64,000 nucleotides of DNA from Octopus sinensis (lineage: Eukaryota). The notes below the pieces were generated by a model that worked only from the letters and a program-made list of their open reading frames with translations, had not been told where the DNA came from and searched no databases. Every line of letters starts with the position of its first letter. Positions within the stretch are counted from its first letter, which is position 1. A program made the position numbers and the translations under genes. The DNA lies in contig NC_043007.1 in NCBI RefSeq assembly GCF_006345805.1, positions 1,984,001 to 2,048,000 on the forward strand, read 5' to 3'. This document shows, piece after piece, positions 52,071-64,000 of the stretch.

Positions 52071-53644
52071 CATTTTGGTAGGTACATTATTACGATCAAC
52101 AGCAAAGAGGTTATCTGCATAAATTATTGAGCATCTCGTTAGCTGATATATTTTCTCAGCTTAAGTTCCTTTCTGAACTCAAATTAGAAACAAGAAATCC
52201 ACTCCATCATATTTTCCGTGACAGTTTCTGGAACTTACTGAAAGCATTAGGCATTCCGTCTCTTCCGCAATATATTAAATGGTAAAATGTGATAGAAAAC
52301 AGCGTCAAAATGATTGCTAAGCATCTTATCTGCACACCGTGTGTTGAGATACGATCAGTGTGCGCAGTAACAAGATGTAAAAATCATAAGGAATACACTG
52401 TCAAAAGTAATTATGTAATTACTAAATACCTGTCCTGATACGGAATGAATAAGCAGTGTTATGTTTTAGAACATCCCTGATTTTATTTAGCAATTTGCAA
52501 TGATTTCTGCATGTCTGAATACGAATTATCCAATCATCATCTCTTTACAAATTAAGTGTCACTGATTTTCTTTGTTTCAGTGGAAACGATCTTTTCATTA
52601 GATTTGACAAGCATGTTCATTTAATTCAGTATCACCTTTGTCGTTTTTATTCCTAGCTTAACAAGCATCACCACCACCATCACCATCATCATCATCATCA
52701 TCATCACCACGTAAAGGATTTCAAGATCTCTTCATTGTTACGTTGTTCTCTGTAAATATATTTCACTTTAACACATGTTCAGTATCTTAAGAATTTTGTA
52801 CATACTGCTTTTTTTTTCTTTTTATCTCTTAAACAGAACAATGGATGATCCCATTTACATTCTCATTCTTCTGTTATTGTGTTGAGTTTACTAAGTGCTC
52901 TGTCAAGAGTTCAATCCTTACTACAGTCATTTCACATTGTTTAGTAAGTGCTGTCTGAAGGGGACTATGTCTGCACTGATCTCACAACCTCTACCCCCTT
53001 TATTTCTTCTTAGGTAAAACCTGTCGATATCATTATTTCCGCTATCTCAATTTACAATAATTCTTTACTATTTATCTCTAAACCTTAACAATCCCAACAC
53101 AACTCACTCCCATTTAAATACTATCTACCTTACCCACCTATTCATCTTTCTACTCACCACCACTAATGCTACTTACCTTAGTAGCCTCATTATTAACTCC
53201 CTCACTCTTCTTGAACTATTTTTTTCTCCTCTCACCATTCCCTGTTTTAATAACCCCCCTCCTCCAGTCATCCCTCTAATACACTTAGCTCTCCACATTT
53301 AATCATTCCATCTTTGAATTTCTCTGCATTAAGATCTGAAATGTAAGATCCTCTCTACCCTGATGGCGGAGACTTGTCTCATCCAGTGTTAATTGCATTC
53401 ATACGGCCCATATTGTGATGAACTAAATCTACCAACATTATTATGGATCACCAACCACTCAGAAACAGCTTTTGAACTTCTAACCCCTTTCTTCCAACCC
53501 TTTAATTTTCTCTGTCCTTTGAACTCTGTGTGAGTTGCACCTATTAATATAAACATCCATATATTTATACATATAAATTCATCAGCTGAAAGTTTACACC
53601 TTTTGCATGTATACATATATATGTATATATATATATTTATATAG

Positions 53645-53830
53645 TTGTAATTTAGAAAACTAAACAAAAAGATGAAGACGGGTGTGTAAACAACAAACAG
53701 ACGTATTAGTTTAATGCATGGGAAGTGAGAAAGTCTTTTATGTTTCGAGCCTAAGCTCTTCAACAGAAAGGAACACATAAAAAATACACAGAGAGAAAAT
53801 AAAAAAGGTTTAGTGGCTAGCGACCAATCA
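53645..53830 (-). mobile_element. Second copy of the A6U-hammerhead repeat
   Basis: Minus strand CUUU-CUGUUGA-A-GAGC(UUAG)GCUC-GAAA-CAUA-AAAGAC at 53734-53770. Confidence 0.7.
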
Positions 53831-54225
53831 TGGTGAATGCTAGACAGAGGTAGTCGGACATATTTTGTATTTGATGTATTTAATATATTGAATATATTTG
53901 ATGTGTCTGATTTGTTTATTATATTTACACCTGCTTGACTTGAGCCTTTCTTTACTTTACAGGGGAATGGATCCCCTGTAAAGATATCGAAGTCTAAGTT
54001 GGAATCTTTTGAGCCCTACTAAGTGCCTTCCATACTGAAAATCTCTGGATTTCATCTATGAACTATATATGTATGTATATGTATGTATATATGTATGCGT
54101 GTGTGTGTGTGTATGCATTTGTTGCCATTAATAACAGCCGAGAATGCATTGAAGCTTTTCGCTCTGACATTTGAAACTCCGAGTACTATAATGACAACTT
54201 TTACTGTTTGTTCTAAATTATAACA

Positions 54226-54269
<44 letters not shown>

Positions 54270-54747
54270 CCTCTATTTCTCTAATATCGAGGTCTCACTC
54301 TTTTGTTATCACTTTTTATATTATTATTTTATATATATATATATACATATATATATGGAGAAAATTACATCTTTAATTGCTGATTGCACCATACAATACC
54401 AACAATTGTTCCTGTTGTGTTGGCATATTTAGCAATCTTCCTGGATTTTAAAATCCTATTTACTTCTTATTATAAAGGTATATATATATATATATATATA
54501 TATTGTATATGAAATGAGATAGATGGATATAGAGGGGGGCAGAGGTGAATACACTTTCACACACACACATCTAAAAAAAAGGGGAATGCCATTCATCTGC
54601 AGAATCAATTTTTCCAGCTATATGGGAATGTCTTATATTGCAAATTCCACCCTTTCCTTGTTAAGCTGTTGAAATGGATGTAAAACAAAAGTAATCTCTC
54701 TTTCCCTCTCCCTCCCCTTCTCTCTCTCTGCACACACACACACATAC

Positions 54748-54824
<77 letters not shown>

Positions 54825-55148
54825 TATACATACAAATACATTTATATTCATACATGTATACATATATGCCTATGTATATATACATACATATATGTATATA
54901 TTTATATTTATATATACATATATATATGTATATATTTGTATATATACATACATATATATGTATACACATATATGCATACATATATATGTATACACATATA
55001 TGCATATATATATGTGTATATACATACATATACATATATGTATATATATATGTGTGTATATACATATATATATGTACGTGTATGTACATATAAATGTATA
55101 TACATACATATACAAGTACATCGGTGTATGTGTGTGTATATATGTATT

Positions 55149-55204
<56 letters not shown>

Positions 55205-55835
55205 TATATATATATATATATATGTAAGTGTGTCTGTGTGTGTGTATGACATATTCTCATAATATGGCTTCTATATTCTATCAACATTCAGAACAGACAG
55301 TCATCAAAAGTTTTCTCTCTCTTTTCTTTTATTGTTGGTCATATGAAACTGCTTGAGTCTTTGTTTTATATTTTATAAAATGTTTTGTCAAAATATATTT
55401 CTTAAAACCTGAACGTTTGCAAGAGGTGAAATTGAAAAAGTGTTTATGATAAGTTTCATTTATTTTTTGTTTGCTTTTGTATGAACTATATTTCTCCTTT
55501 TATTTAATAGAAATTAACGTTTGGATTTCATGGGAATTAAATGGGAATTGAATGTAATAGAAATTGTATAAGAATTAAATTTATAAGAAATTGAATTTTG
55601 TTTCAATTTTCACTATATCATTTCCTTCCACTTAGTTCTTAAGTTGTATTAAATCTGCTACTCCCCACTTTTTTTTTTCTTATTTATTATCTGATAGTCA
55701 GATGGGAGAGTTATATGCCCTTGACCTTTTACTAGGGCTCTGTGACTGATGGGAAGCAAGCAGGAAGGTACTCTCAAACCAGAAACCTTGACTGAATTCT
55801 TGGCAACAGAATGGACACAGCTAAAGGCATTCTAG

Positions 55836-56065
55836 GCAGTGAGCTGGCAGAAGCATTAGCACGCCGGGCGAAATGCTGAGCGGTATTTCGTCTGCCGTTA
55901 CATTCTGAGTTCAAATTCCGCTGGGGTCGACTTTGCCTTTCATCCTTTCGGGGTCGATTAAACAAGTACTAGTTACGCACTGGGGTTGATATAATTGACT
56001 TAATCCATTTGTCTGTCCTTGTTTGTCCCCCCCTGTGTTTAGCCCCCTGTGGGTAGTAAAGAAAA
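55836..56065 (+). mobile_element. SINE family B
   Basis: Full family match. Confidence 0.88.
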
Positions 56066-56946
56066 AAAAATACTTGCTATCCAACCACATGGTTCCTGGT
56101 TCATGTGCTATCCAACCACATGGTTTCTGGGGCATGTGTTTTCTACTACAGCCCTGAGCCAGCCATGGTTTTGTAGTTGGTTTTAGTTGATAGAAACCCA
56201 AAGAAGCACATCGTGTGTGTGTGTGTGCACGTATGTGTTACTGTCTCTGACATTATATGATAGATGTGAACAAGTGTCACCATCCACGGCAGATGGAAGT
56301 GGTGTCCTTCACTTCCACATTCTGAGAAAACACATCTAGTCATGGAGAGATATTACCTTACCTGGAAACAGGTGAGAGTTGGTGACAGGAAGAGCATCCA
56401 CCCATAGAAGATGCTCCTCAACAAATTCCATCCAATCCATGTTTGTCCTGGAAAAGTGGACATTAAGACAATAATAAAGATGACCGAAAAGATGGAAATC
56501 AAAGTTGACCTCAGCAGGATTTGAACTCAAAACGTGCATTGTCAGAACAAACACCATAAGACTGTCTGCCTGACTCTCTAACAGTTCTGCCATTTCACTA
56601 CCTTATAACACCTCGTTTCATGAAACCTTTCTAGCTGTCATAAATTGATGGCCTGTTCATCTATATTCTGACTGAAAGGCCAGGTGTGTTGGTGTAACTT
56701 TGTAAATATAATTAAGGTGTGAAGCAGCATGAAGGAGAGAGATCAAAGCCTGATCTATAAGTAAGACAGCTCGACAATATTTTAAAAGGATGGGAAACGT
56801 GTGATTATCATATCCTTTACTGTTTTTCCTTTAAAGCATTAAGCCTGTAAATGAAATGTGAATTAAAACTTAGAGCTAAGACTTCACTCACTGGGATCAT
56901 AATGGCAGTGGAAATCAAAGATGCTAACAAAAGAGTAATGTAATTA

Positions 56947-57004
<58 letters not shown>

Positions 57005-57028
57005 GCTATTATTATTATTATTATTATT

Positions 57029-57322
57029 GGAGGCACAATGGCCTAGTGGTTAGTGCAGCGGACTCGCGGTCATAGGATCGCGGTTTCGATTCCCAGACCG
57101 GGCGTTGTGAGTGTTTATTGAGCGAAAACACCTAAAAGCCCCACGAGGCTCCGGCAGGGGGTGGTGATCCATGCTGTACTCTTTCACCACTCTTTCTCTC
57201 ACTCTTTCTTCTGTTGGCCTGCTCGCTTAGCCAGCGGGGTGGCGTCATTCGTAGACTAAAACAATGCGAACGCATTGTGACCAGCGATGTGTAACTACAT
57301 CTGATGGACTGGTCGGTCACGT
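57029..57322 (+). mobile_element. Young CpG-rich tRNA-derived SINE (third family)
   Basis: A-box TGGCCTAGTGG, B-box GTTTCGATTCC, (GTGATG)n tail; inserted in (TTA)n. Confidence 0.85.
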
Positions 57323-57350
57323 GATGGTGATGATGGTGATGATGGTGATG

Positions 57351-57392
<42 letters not shown>

Positions 57393-57394
57393 GC

Positions 57395-58140
57395 CTTTGC
57401 ACAGCTTCTAACGCTGGAGATGTACTACAGTATCAGTTGTTCACTACCATTGAACTAAGATAACACCTCTTATTTTTCGAGCACCTTCTGGAGTATTTGC
57501 ACAGTTCCAAGCAGTGCTGTTTTCTGCAAGTGCTCCATCCTTATTGCAACCCCTATTTATTCCACATACTTCTCGAGATTTTTGCTCACTGTTCCCAGGG
57601 CTCTGACAATTATTGGTACTACTGCCACCTTTTTCAAGGACCACAACTGCTTAACTTCCCAAGCTAACCTCTCATATCTATTGTCTTTTCTTTCTTCCTT
57701 ATTGCATACCTTGTTGTCAGCTGGGCATGCTATATCTATGATCTGGCATACTTTGTTTCCTTTCTCAATTAAGACTATGTCTGGCTTCCTACTCTCTATC
57801 TCATGGTCGCACTGAATCATAAAATCCCATAGGATCTTTGCATTATCATTTTCCACAATGCTTTTGGGTTTGTGGTCGTACCACACTTTTGCTCTGTCAA
57901 GTCCATACTTGTTGCAAAGTGTCCAATGGACAAGCCTGGCTATATTGTCATGGCATCTCTTATATTCCTTCTGGGCCAGTGGCGTATATTGGTTGGTAAT
58001 ATGCCATACAGTTTCACTGTTCTTTCCACAGATTCTGCACTTATCACTTTCTGCTGTGATGTCTATTCTGTATTTTATGTACTTTGTTCTTAGTGCTTGC
58101 TCTTGGGCAGCACAGATTAGAGCCTACATTTCAGGTACTA
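57395..58140 (-). mobile_element. R4/Dong-like LINE 3' portion
   Basis: KILWDFMIQCDHEIESRKPDIVLIEK...IIDIACPAD; (TAA)n on both sides in element sense. Confidence 0.9.
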
Positions 58141-58146
58141 AATCAC

Positions 58147-58186
<40 letters not shown>

Positions 58187-58996
58187 GCTATCAACTTTTC
58201 TTTCTTTTGCACTATTGTAACTGACCTTGCTGTCAGTCAATTTGTTAATACACGTGCACACACACACATACACACACACATACATACACTTTATATAATA
58301 AACTATGTATACGTTTGTGTGTGTCCATATGTATATATTCATATATGTACACACACACATATTCACACACATATTTACACAATTTACATGTGTGTTTGTT
58401 CTCTCTTACGGTTATCTTCTCTCTCTTCCCTCTCCCTCTCCCCCTGTCTGTCTCTCCCTGTCTCTCTCTCTCTCTCCCTCCCTCAAATCTATTGTATTTC
58501 CACCTGTACATTTAATCCCTCTTCACTCTGAAGTGTTTTGTTTCATCTCCTATGCTTTTTTTACTTCACATTTAATGTTGTTCTTAATTACCGTTGTACA
58601 AATATGATCAGTTACATCTTGTTTTTATATATATATATTTATATATTTTTTGTTTTTTTTCTAGCTTCTAATTGTTTGAACACTCATTAATAAAATCCAT
58701 CAGAAATTTTTTTGTTTTTTCCTTTTTTTTTTTTCTACATTTTAATCAAAAGCTATCAGCTACATAGTAGAATCATTAATGAAATTTAACTGATACTGTC
58801 TGGCCCACTTTTACATCAAACATCTTTTTAATATGTCTCTTCCCGTCAATATCTCAGATAAGTTATTATATATACAATCTTCTTCTTCTCAGGCTATTAA
58901 CCTCATCTGTAGAGATGTAATATCTGTTTTTAATATTTACTTCTTCATTGCATTACGTTTGATCTTCAATTGTCATCAGGTATCTTGTATCTTGAT

Positions 58997-59393
58997 AATA
59001 CCAGTATCGCCTGGTGTTGCTCGGGTTTGTTTCGACACCTTTAGAATTGGAATTTTTGTAAAGTAAAAATTTTGCATTATGTAGCTTGTTATTCTGTTTA
59101 AGTGAACATTTTTCTGGTTGAAATACACTGAAAAATGGTGACACAGCAGTCAAAAAATCGTAAAAAATAGGGATTTTCATAGAAAAAAAAAGCACCTTTT
59201 TGATGTAAATAATTTTTGGTCTTAACATGGTCTGATTTGATTTTTTTTCTTCTACGGAAGGAAGAGCAAGCCGTCTTCTATCATACTCTCAATTTTGGTC
59301 AACTTGCACCGCAGGGTCTTGGAGGAGATAGTGTTAGTTGAAGGCTACCAAACCTGCCATACACAGACAACTTCAGCTTTATATAGAGAGAGA
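58997..59393 (-). mobile_element. Non-autonomous Helitron, second copy
   Basis: Reverse complement of 45333-45724; 3' CTAG degenerate. Confidence 0.8.
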
Positions 59394-60900
59394 TGTTCAT
59401 AATCTCAGAGTAGATTTACACCAAGAGCTTCTTGTTTCTAAACCAGGAGAAGTAACAATCTTATAAACACCAAATATGAGCTTATATTTGTCTCTCTTTT
59501 AATGTTTTCTGTTGAGCCACCTCCTGGTCATTCCATTTTGTGTTGCTAGAAATAGAAGCCAGATCTTTCTCAAATTGTTCTCTGCTTTCTTGGAAAAGAA
59601 CACATTGGGTAGCATTACCTGGGCTACACCATGCCTGATGAAATGTGAAGATGGTCATAGCTGGAACACCTTTGGTCATAGGTCTGCCTTATTGAGGTTG
59701 ACTTGTGGTTAAACAGTAATATAATAAGTGTATAAATGGATTTTCCTCCAGAAATTATTTCAGGCTTTGTGCCTAGAGTAGGAAACAGTATTTGAAATGG
59801 GAGGAGTGTATTTACGTATCTTTTTTTTGAGATGGTGCGATCCCTAATGAATCAATCTTGAAACTCCTTCTGTAAAGTCTAGCTTGGATAATCTTAACAA
59901 TCTACATCAACAACTGTAAACATCGAGGGAGATCGATATTTTTACTGCTTCTATCTCAATGATGAGCAGAGATGCATTCTGCTGATTATTTTTAATTTCT
60001 CGTCTTTACCAAAGGAGATAATTGTACACAAACATCGAAATGATTTCTGGAGGAAAATCCAATATTTGTTATTATTAGAGACTGAACGAAAATTGTAAAA
60101 CTCTGAAATAATTAGGAATAACAGCTGTTTCTCTTTCTCTTTTTTTCTTCCAAGTCTTCTTGTTTGATCTACCTTTCGTTTGATTCATTAATTGTTATTG
60201 GCCTAATTAACAAACCATTGTAATGTAGATAGTAAAAGATCTGCAATCTGATTTAACGAAAGCATTAGGGTTAGGTATCATCATCATCATTATCATCATT
60301 TGAATGTTCACTTTTCCTTGCTTGTATGGGTCAGATGGACTTTTCTAAGGCAAGTGTTCTTTGGCTGGTGGCCTTTGATGTTGCCGAATCTCGTGTGTTT
60401 CCAAACAAAGTAATACATTGCCCTGACCAGACATAGACATAGTTTCACTGAAGGTTAAGAATGAATGATGCTATTCATATGATGGTGACACTCATTTACG
60501 ACTGTTGTGTGGTGCCAAGACCAGGAAGCACAAACACACACACACACACACACACAATGTGCTTCTTTCAGTTTCCCCTCCACTAAATCCACTCACAAGA
60601 TTTTGCCCAGTCTGGGGTTGTAGTAGAAGGCATTTACCGGGACTGAACCTAAAACCTCATGGTTGGAAAGTGGACCTCTTAACCATGCAGAACCGAGCCA
60701 ATGTAAATGCTGCAACCTGCTGGAATTTGCAGTCAGATATTCCTCAAACGTTGCCTCACCATCTTCAAAATGGGTGAATGTCCTGAATACATCAAAAAAG
60801 TTCTTGCCTTTCTCATTTGACCATTTACCTGCCTACCATGCCATACACCTGCCAAATCAGAACTGACTCAAGGATACACAGCAACAACAGCTATAATTAT

Positions 60901-61157
60901 GTACATTATTTACAGTCAATGGATATTTGTCCTCATCTTGTTTGTTGTTGACACAACATTTCGGCTGATATGCCATCAAGTGTCTTGGGGAGATTTTGAA
61001 CCTGGGTTCTCATTCCTAAGGTATTTTCGTTGTTGTTGTTGTTGTTGTTGTTATTATTATTATTATTATCATTATTATTATTCAGGTCACTGCTTGGAAT
61101 CGAACTCGGAATCTTGGAGTTAGTAGCTTGCGCTCTTAACCACACCACCATATGCCC
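60901..61157 (-). mobile_element. HH-SINE copy 4, directly 3' of the Penelope ORF
   Basis: B-box GTTCGATTCC at 61105-61096, (AAT)n linker, HHR with a deletion in core and stem II. Confidence 0.85.
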
Positions 61158-61186
61158 ATGAGCAGTTATGGAGTGAATTTTAGGGC

Positions 61187-61870
61187 TTATAATTCTAATA
61201 TTTTCCTATTCTTCCTTAATACCGGTTCCCATATGCTACTCATATCTGCACTCGGTCTGCTTAGGAGGTTGTTGTGTCCTAGCATATGTGCTGCTTCTTT
61301 TAGTTTTCGTATTTTCCAGTGCTTACCAAATGTCTATTATTTTAACTTCATCCCACAGGGGGAGGTGGTCTCCATTTTTCTATTCATGATCAGCTATACC
61401 CGATTTATCAATATCTCCCCGTGTCACAGCATTGCGATGTTCCTCTACCCTTATTTTGACGGGGCAGCATGTTTTGCCTTTGTATAACCTACCACAGCTG
61501 CATGGGATGGAGTACACGCAATCTTTGGTCATATTCTCTTCTATTGGTGGTTTTACTCGAAGGAGATATTTGTGAAGTGTTGTATTACTCTTGAATCCTG
61601 TCCCGATGTCATTTGGGCCGCATATCTTTTGTATCTTTTCGGAGTGGCCTTTCACATAGGGTAGACAGAATGTGGACAGTTTATTGGTTTCATCCCCTCT
61701 TTTCTTCATAATTGGAGTAGTTAGTATGTTTTTGGGGTAGTTGTTGCTTAATAGATTGTTACTGAGCTTGATCATTTCTCTGTGGTCAGTAGAAATGTCT
61801 TTTTCTTTTTTGTTCCCTTGTTCAGTGATCATTATCCTCAATGTTCTGAACCATACTTTCTCAGTTCAAA
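61187..61870 (-). mobile_element. Penelope-like element remnant: RT thumb end plus GIY-YIG endonuclease
   Basis: LPYVKG, CVYSIPCSCGRLYKGKT, RVEEH, SGIADH, RKLKEAAH, IWEPVL; one premature stop and one frameshift; final stop at 61189-61187. Confidence 0.9.
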
Positions 61871-62171
61871 AGTGTTATCTATGTTCCTGCAAATTTAATG
61901 CTTCGTATAATTGGTCCAACTATAAGAAATCTTCCCTAAAGGCTTTAAAAAAGAAAAAACAAAAACAAAAGCCTGTTTGATTAGCAATCTTTTATTCTAT
62001 TGAAAGTTATAATATTATTGATGGACATAAGAAGGAAAATAGCCTGGAAGATGAATTTTTGTCTTCAATAGCGAAAAGCTTGAGTTTATAATCTCTCTCT
62101 CTCTCTAACTCTCTCTCATTCTCTCTCTCTCTCTCTCTCTCCATCCATCTTTCTCCCTCTCACTGGGTGTT

Positions 62172-62226
<55 letters not shown>

Positions 62227-62331
62227 ATGTTGAGAACCCATCTGCATACAAAGCTTGTGAAGTAAATTACATTTTTAGCCTTCAGAATAATATAGCATAT
62301 AATTCCATAATATTCTGTAAGGAATTAGAAT

Positions 62332-62582
62332 TTACATGTAATTCTTTATTGTTTTAAGCATCAAAAATTGATGTTGTTGTTGATAAGTTAACTGCAAGTA
62401 GGCATGAGAAGTTCTCTGAACGAGTGATTGCTGATGTAATCTGACAGTTTGAAGATAATTGTGCGAGTACGGATCAGGGTCATTTTTAAGTTTTCCTTTC
62501 ATTCTGCTGAAGTCATCCTGACATGAAGAGCTGAGCAACTTCCAGTCAATAATTAACCAGTCACTTCCATATGTCTTCTCGG
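62332..62582 (-). other. Candidate exon of unknown gene
   Basis: Acceptor CTTCTTTTGTAG, one frame open for about 83 codons in unique sequence; no recognisable domain and no convincing donor. Confidence 0.2.
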
Positions 62583-62956
62583 CTACAAAAGAAGCCTGTT
62601 ACATGATTCTCTTTCAAAATTAAAAGTTCCATACTTCATAATATGTGCTAGAAATATATATATATAAAAATTAGAAAAAAAACGCCTTTTATCAATTCAA
62701 TAATGAAAAATTAAATTATTACCATTTAGAAAAATTACATATTATAGAAAGATTAAATATAAGATAAAACATATAACGATGATTAAGTAATGTGCAAAAT
62801 AATAAATAAAACGTATATATTTGGTAGAATAACAACACGTGTTTCATGGCTATATTTAAGAAATGATAATAGTAAAAATAATAGTAGTAGTAAAATCACT
62901 TCAATATAAATATAGTCACTCTTCAGGTTAAAGATAACAACAATAATAAAATTAAA

Positions 62957-62991
<35 letters not shown>

Positions 62992-62999
62992 CATTATTA

Positions 63000-63187
63000 A
63001 CCCTTTAACAATTAAACTGATCATATACTCTTTGTTTCATGTTCAAACTGACCAGATCTGGCTTCTCGCAGTTACCCTACAATGTCATTCTAAAAATAAA
63101 TAGTCACATCATTGAAGTGCATCTTAATTAAGAACAATGTGAATAAATAAGCATTACATTTGTGAGAGTAATCTGAATAATAAAGGT
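63000..63187. mobile_element. Second piggyBac-type MITE family
   Basis: TTAA-CCCTTT start; AAAGGT end shares the TTAA at 63188-63191 with the next MITE. Confidence 0.7.
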
Positions 63188-63191
63188 TTAA

Positions 63192-63756
63192 CCCTTTTGA
63201 TACCAACCCATCTGAGACCACCTCTGGTTCTGTAGTACAAATGTCTTGTTTTCAAAAGTTCTGAATTAAAATCTTCCACCAAACCTTAGTCACAATTTAT
63301 GTTCCTAACACTAGCTGAATGATAACTAAGTTATTTTACTAAATTCTTTGTTATATTTAAAATTAATTGAAGGAAACACAGAGCATCTCAACATAAATAT
63401 GGTAACAAAAGGGTTAAGAAGAAAAATAATCAGCAGAAGACATAAAAGAAGGAGACCTCAGTGTGGTCACTCTATATGCTAGAAATAATAGCCTAAATTT
63501 CCTTCAATCCACACCCTTCCAACTGCTTCAAATGTGCATCTGCCCAAGCGTAGAGGTGTGTCTAAACTGCCTCTGTAGTACAAATGTCTTGTTTTCAAAA
63601 GTTCTGAATTAAAATCTTCCACCAAACCTTAGTCACAATTTATGTTCCTAACACTAGCTTAATGATAACTAAGTTATTTTACTAAATTCTTTGTTATATT
63701 TAGAATTAATTGCAGGAAACACAGAGCATCTCAACAGAAATATGGTAACAAAAGGG
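63192..63756. mobile_element. Composite MITE-spacer-MITE unit, reverse orientation
   Basis: MITE 63192-63413, TTAA, spacer 63418-63566, truncated MITE ending GGG-TTAA at 63754-63760. Confidence 0.85.
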
Positions 63757-64000
63757 TTAAGTGGCCTTTAAAACAGAACATTGTACATTAATATAAACAC
63801 CAATATAAAGTATTTAGAAATCATTTTCTAACCGAAAGTAGACTCGGTACCATATTATACTTTTAAAAGTCTATATTATCAAGTCAGCTTGTTCTCGTTT
63901 ATTATCATAAGAGATCAAATCTAATTAGTCAAAGACAATTGTATATTTAACAGTGCCAATATTATTAAATCTAGCAGTTCTTAGAATTGCTGATGCTTCT

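Overview
AT-rich, repeat-saturated animal DNA, very probably an Octopus genome (inferred from the SINE families, the (TA)n/(CAT)n/(TAA)n microsatellite load and the LINE types). No host protein-coding gene can be identified with confidence. Almost all ORFs in the track are microsatellite artefacts or LINE remnants, so the window is probably intronic or intergenic. It holds two abundant tRNA-derived SINE families, RTE, CR1/L2 and R4/Dong-like LINE fragments, one Penelope-like (PLE) GIY-YIG remnant, piggyBac-type TTAA MITEs, two non-autonomous Helitrons and many fold-back structures. The main signal is hammerhead ribozyme (HHR) motifs in five unrelated repeat families. One has a fully canonical core (6232-6332, minus strand). 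Another lies in a tRNA-headed SINE-like family with five copies; one copy starts 29 nt after the stop codon of the Penelope ORF. This suggests a Pol III SINE carrying a Penelope 3' end with a hammerhead, mobilised by Penelope. All structures were folded by eye and no searches were run. Boundaries of degenerate repeats are approximate.
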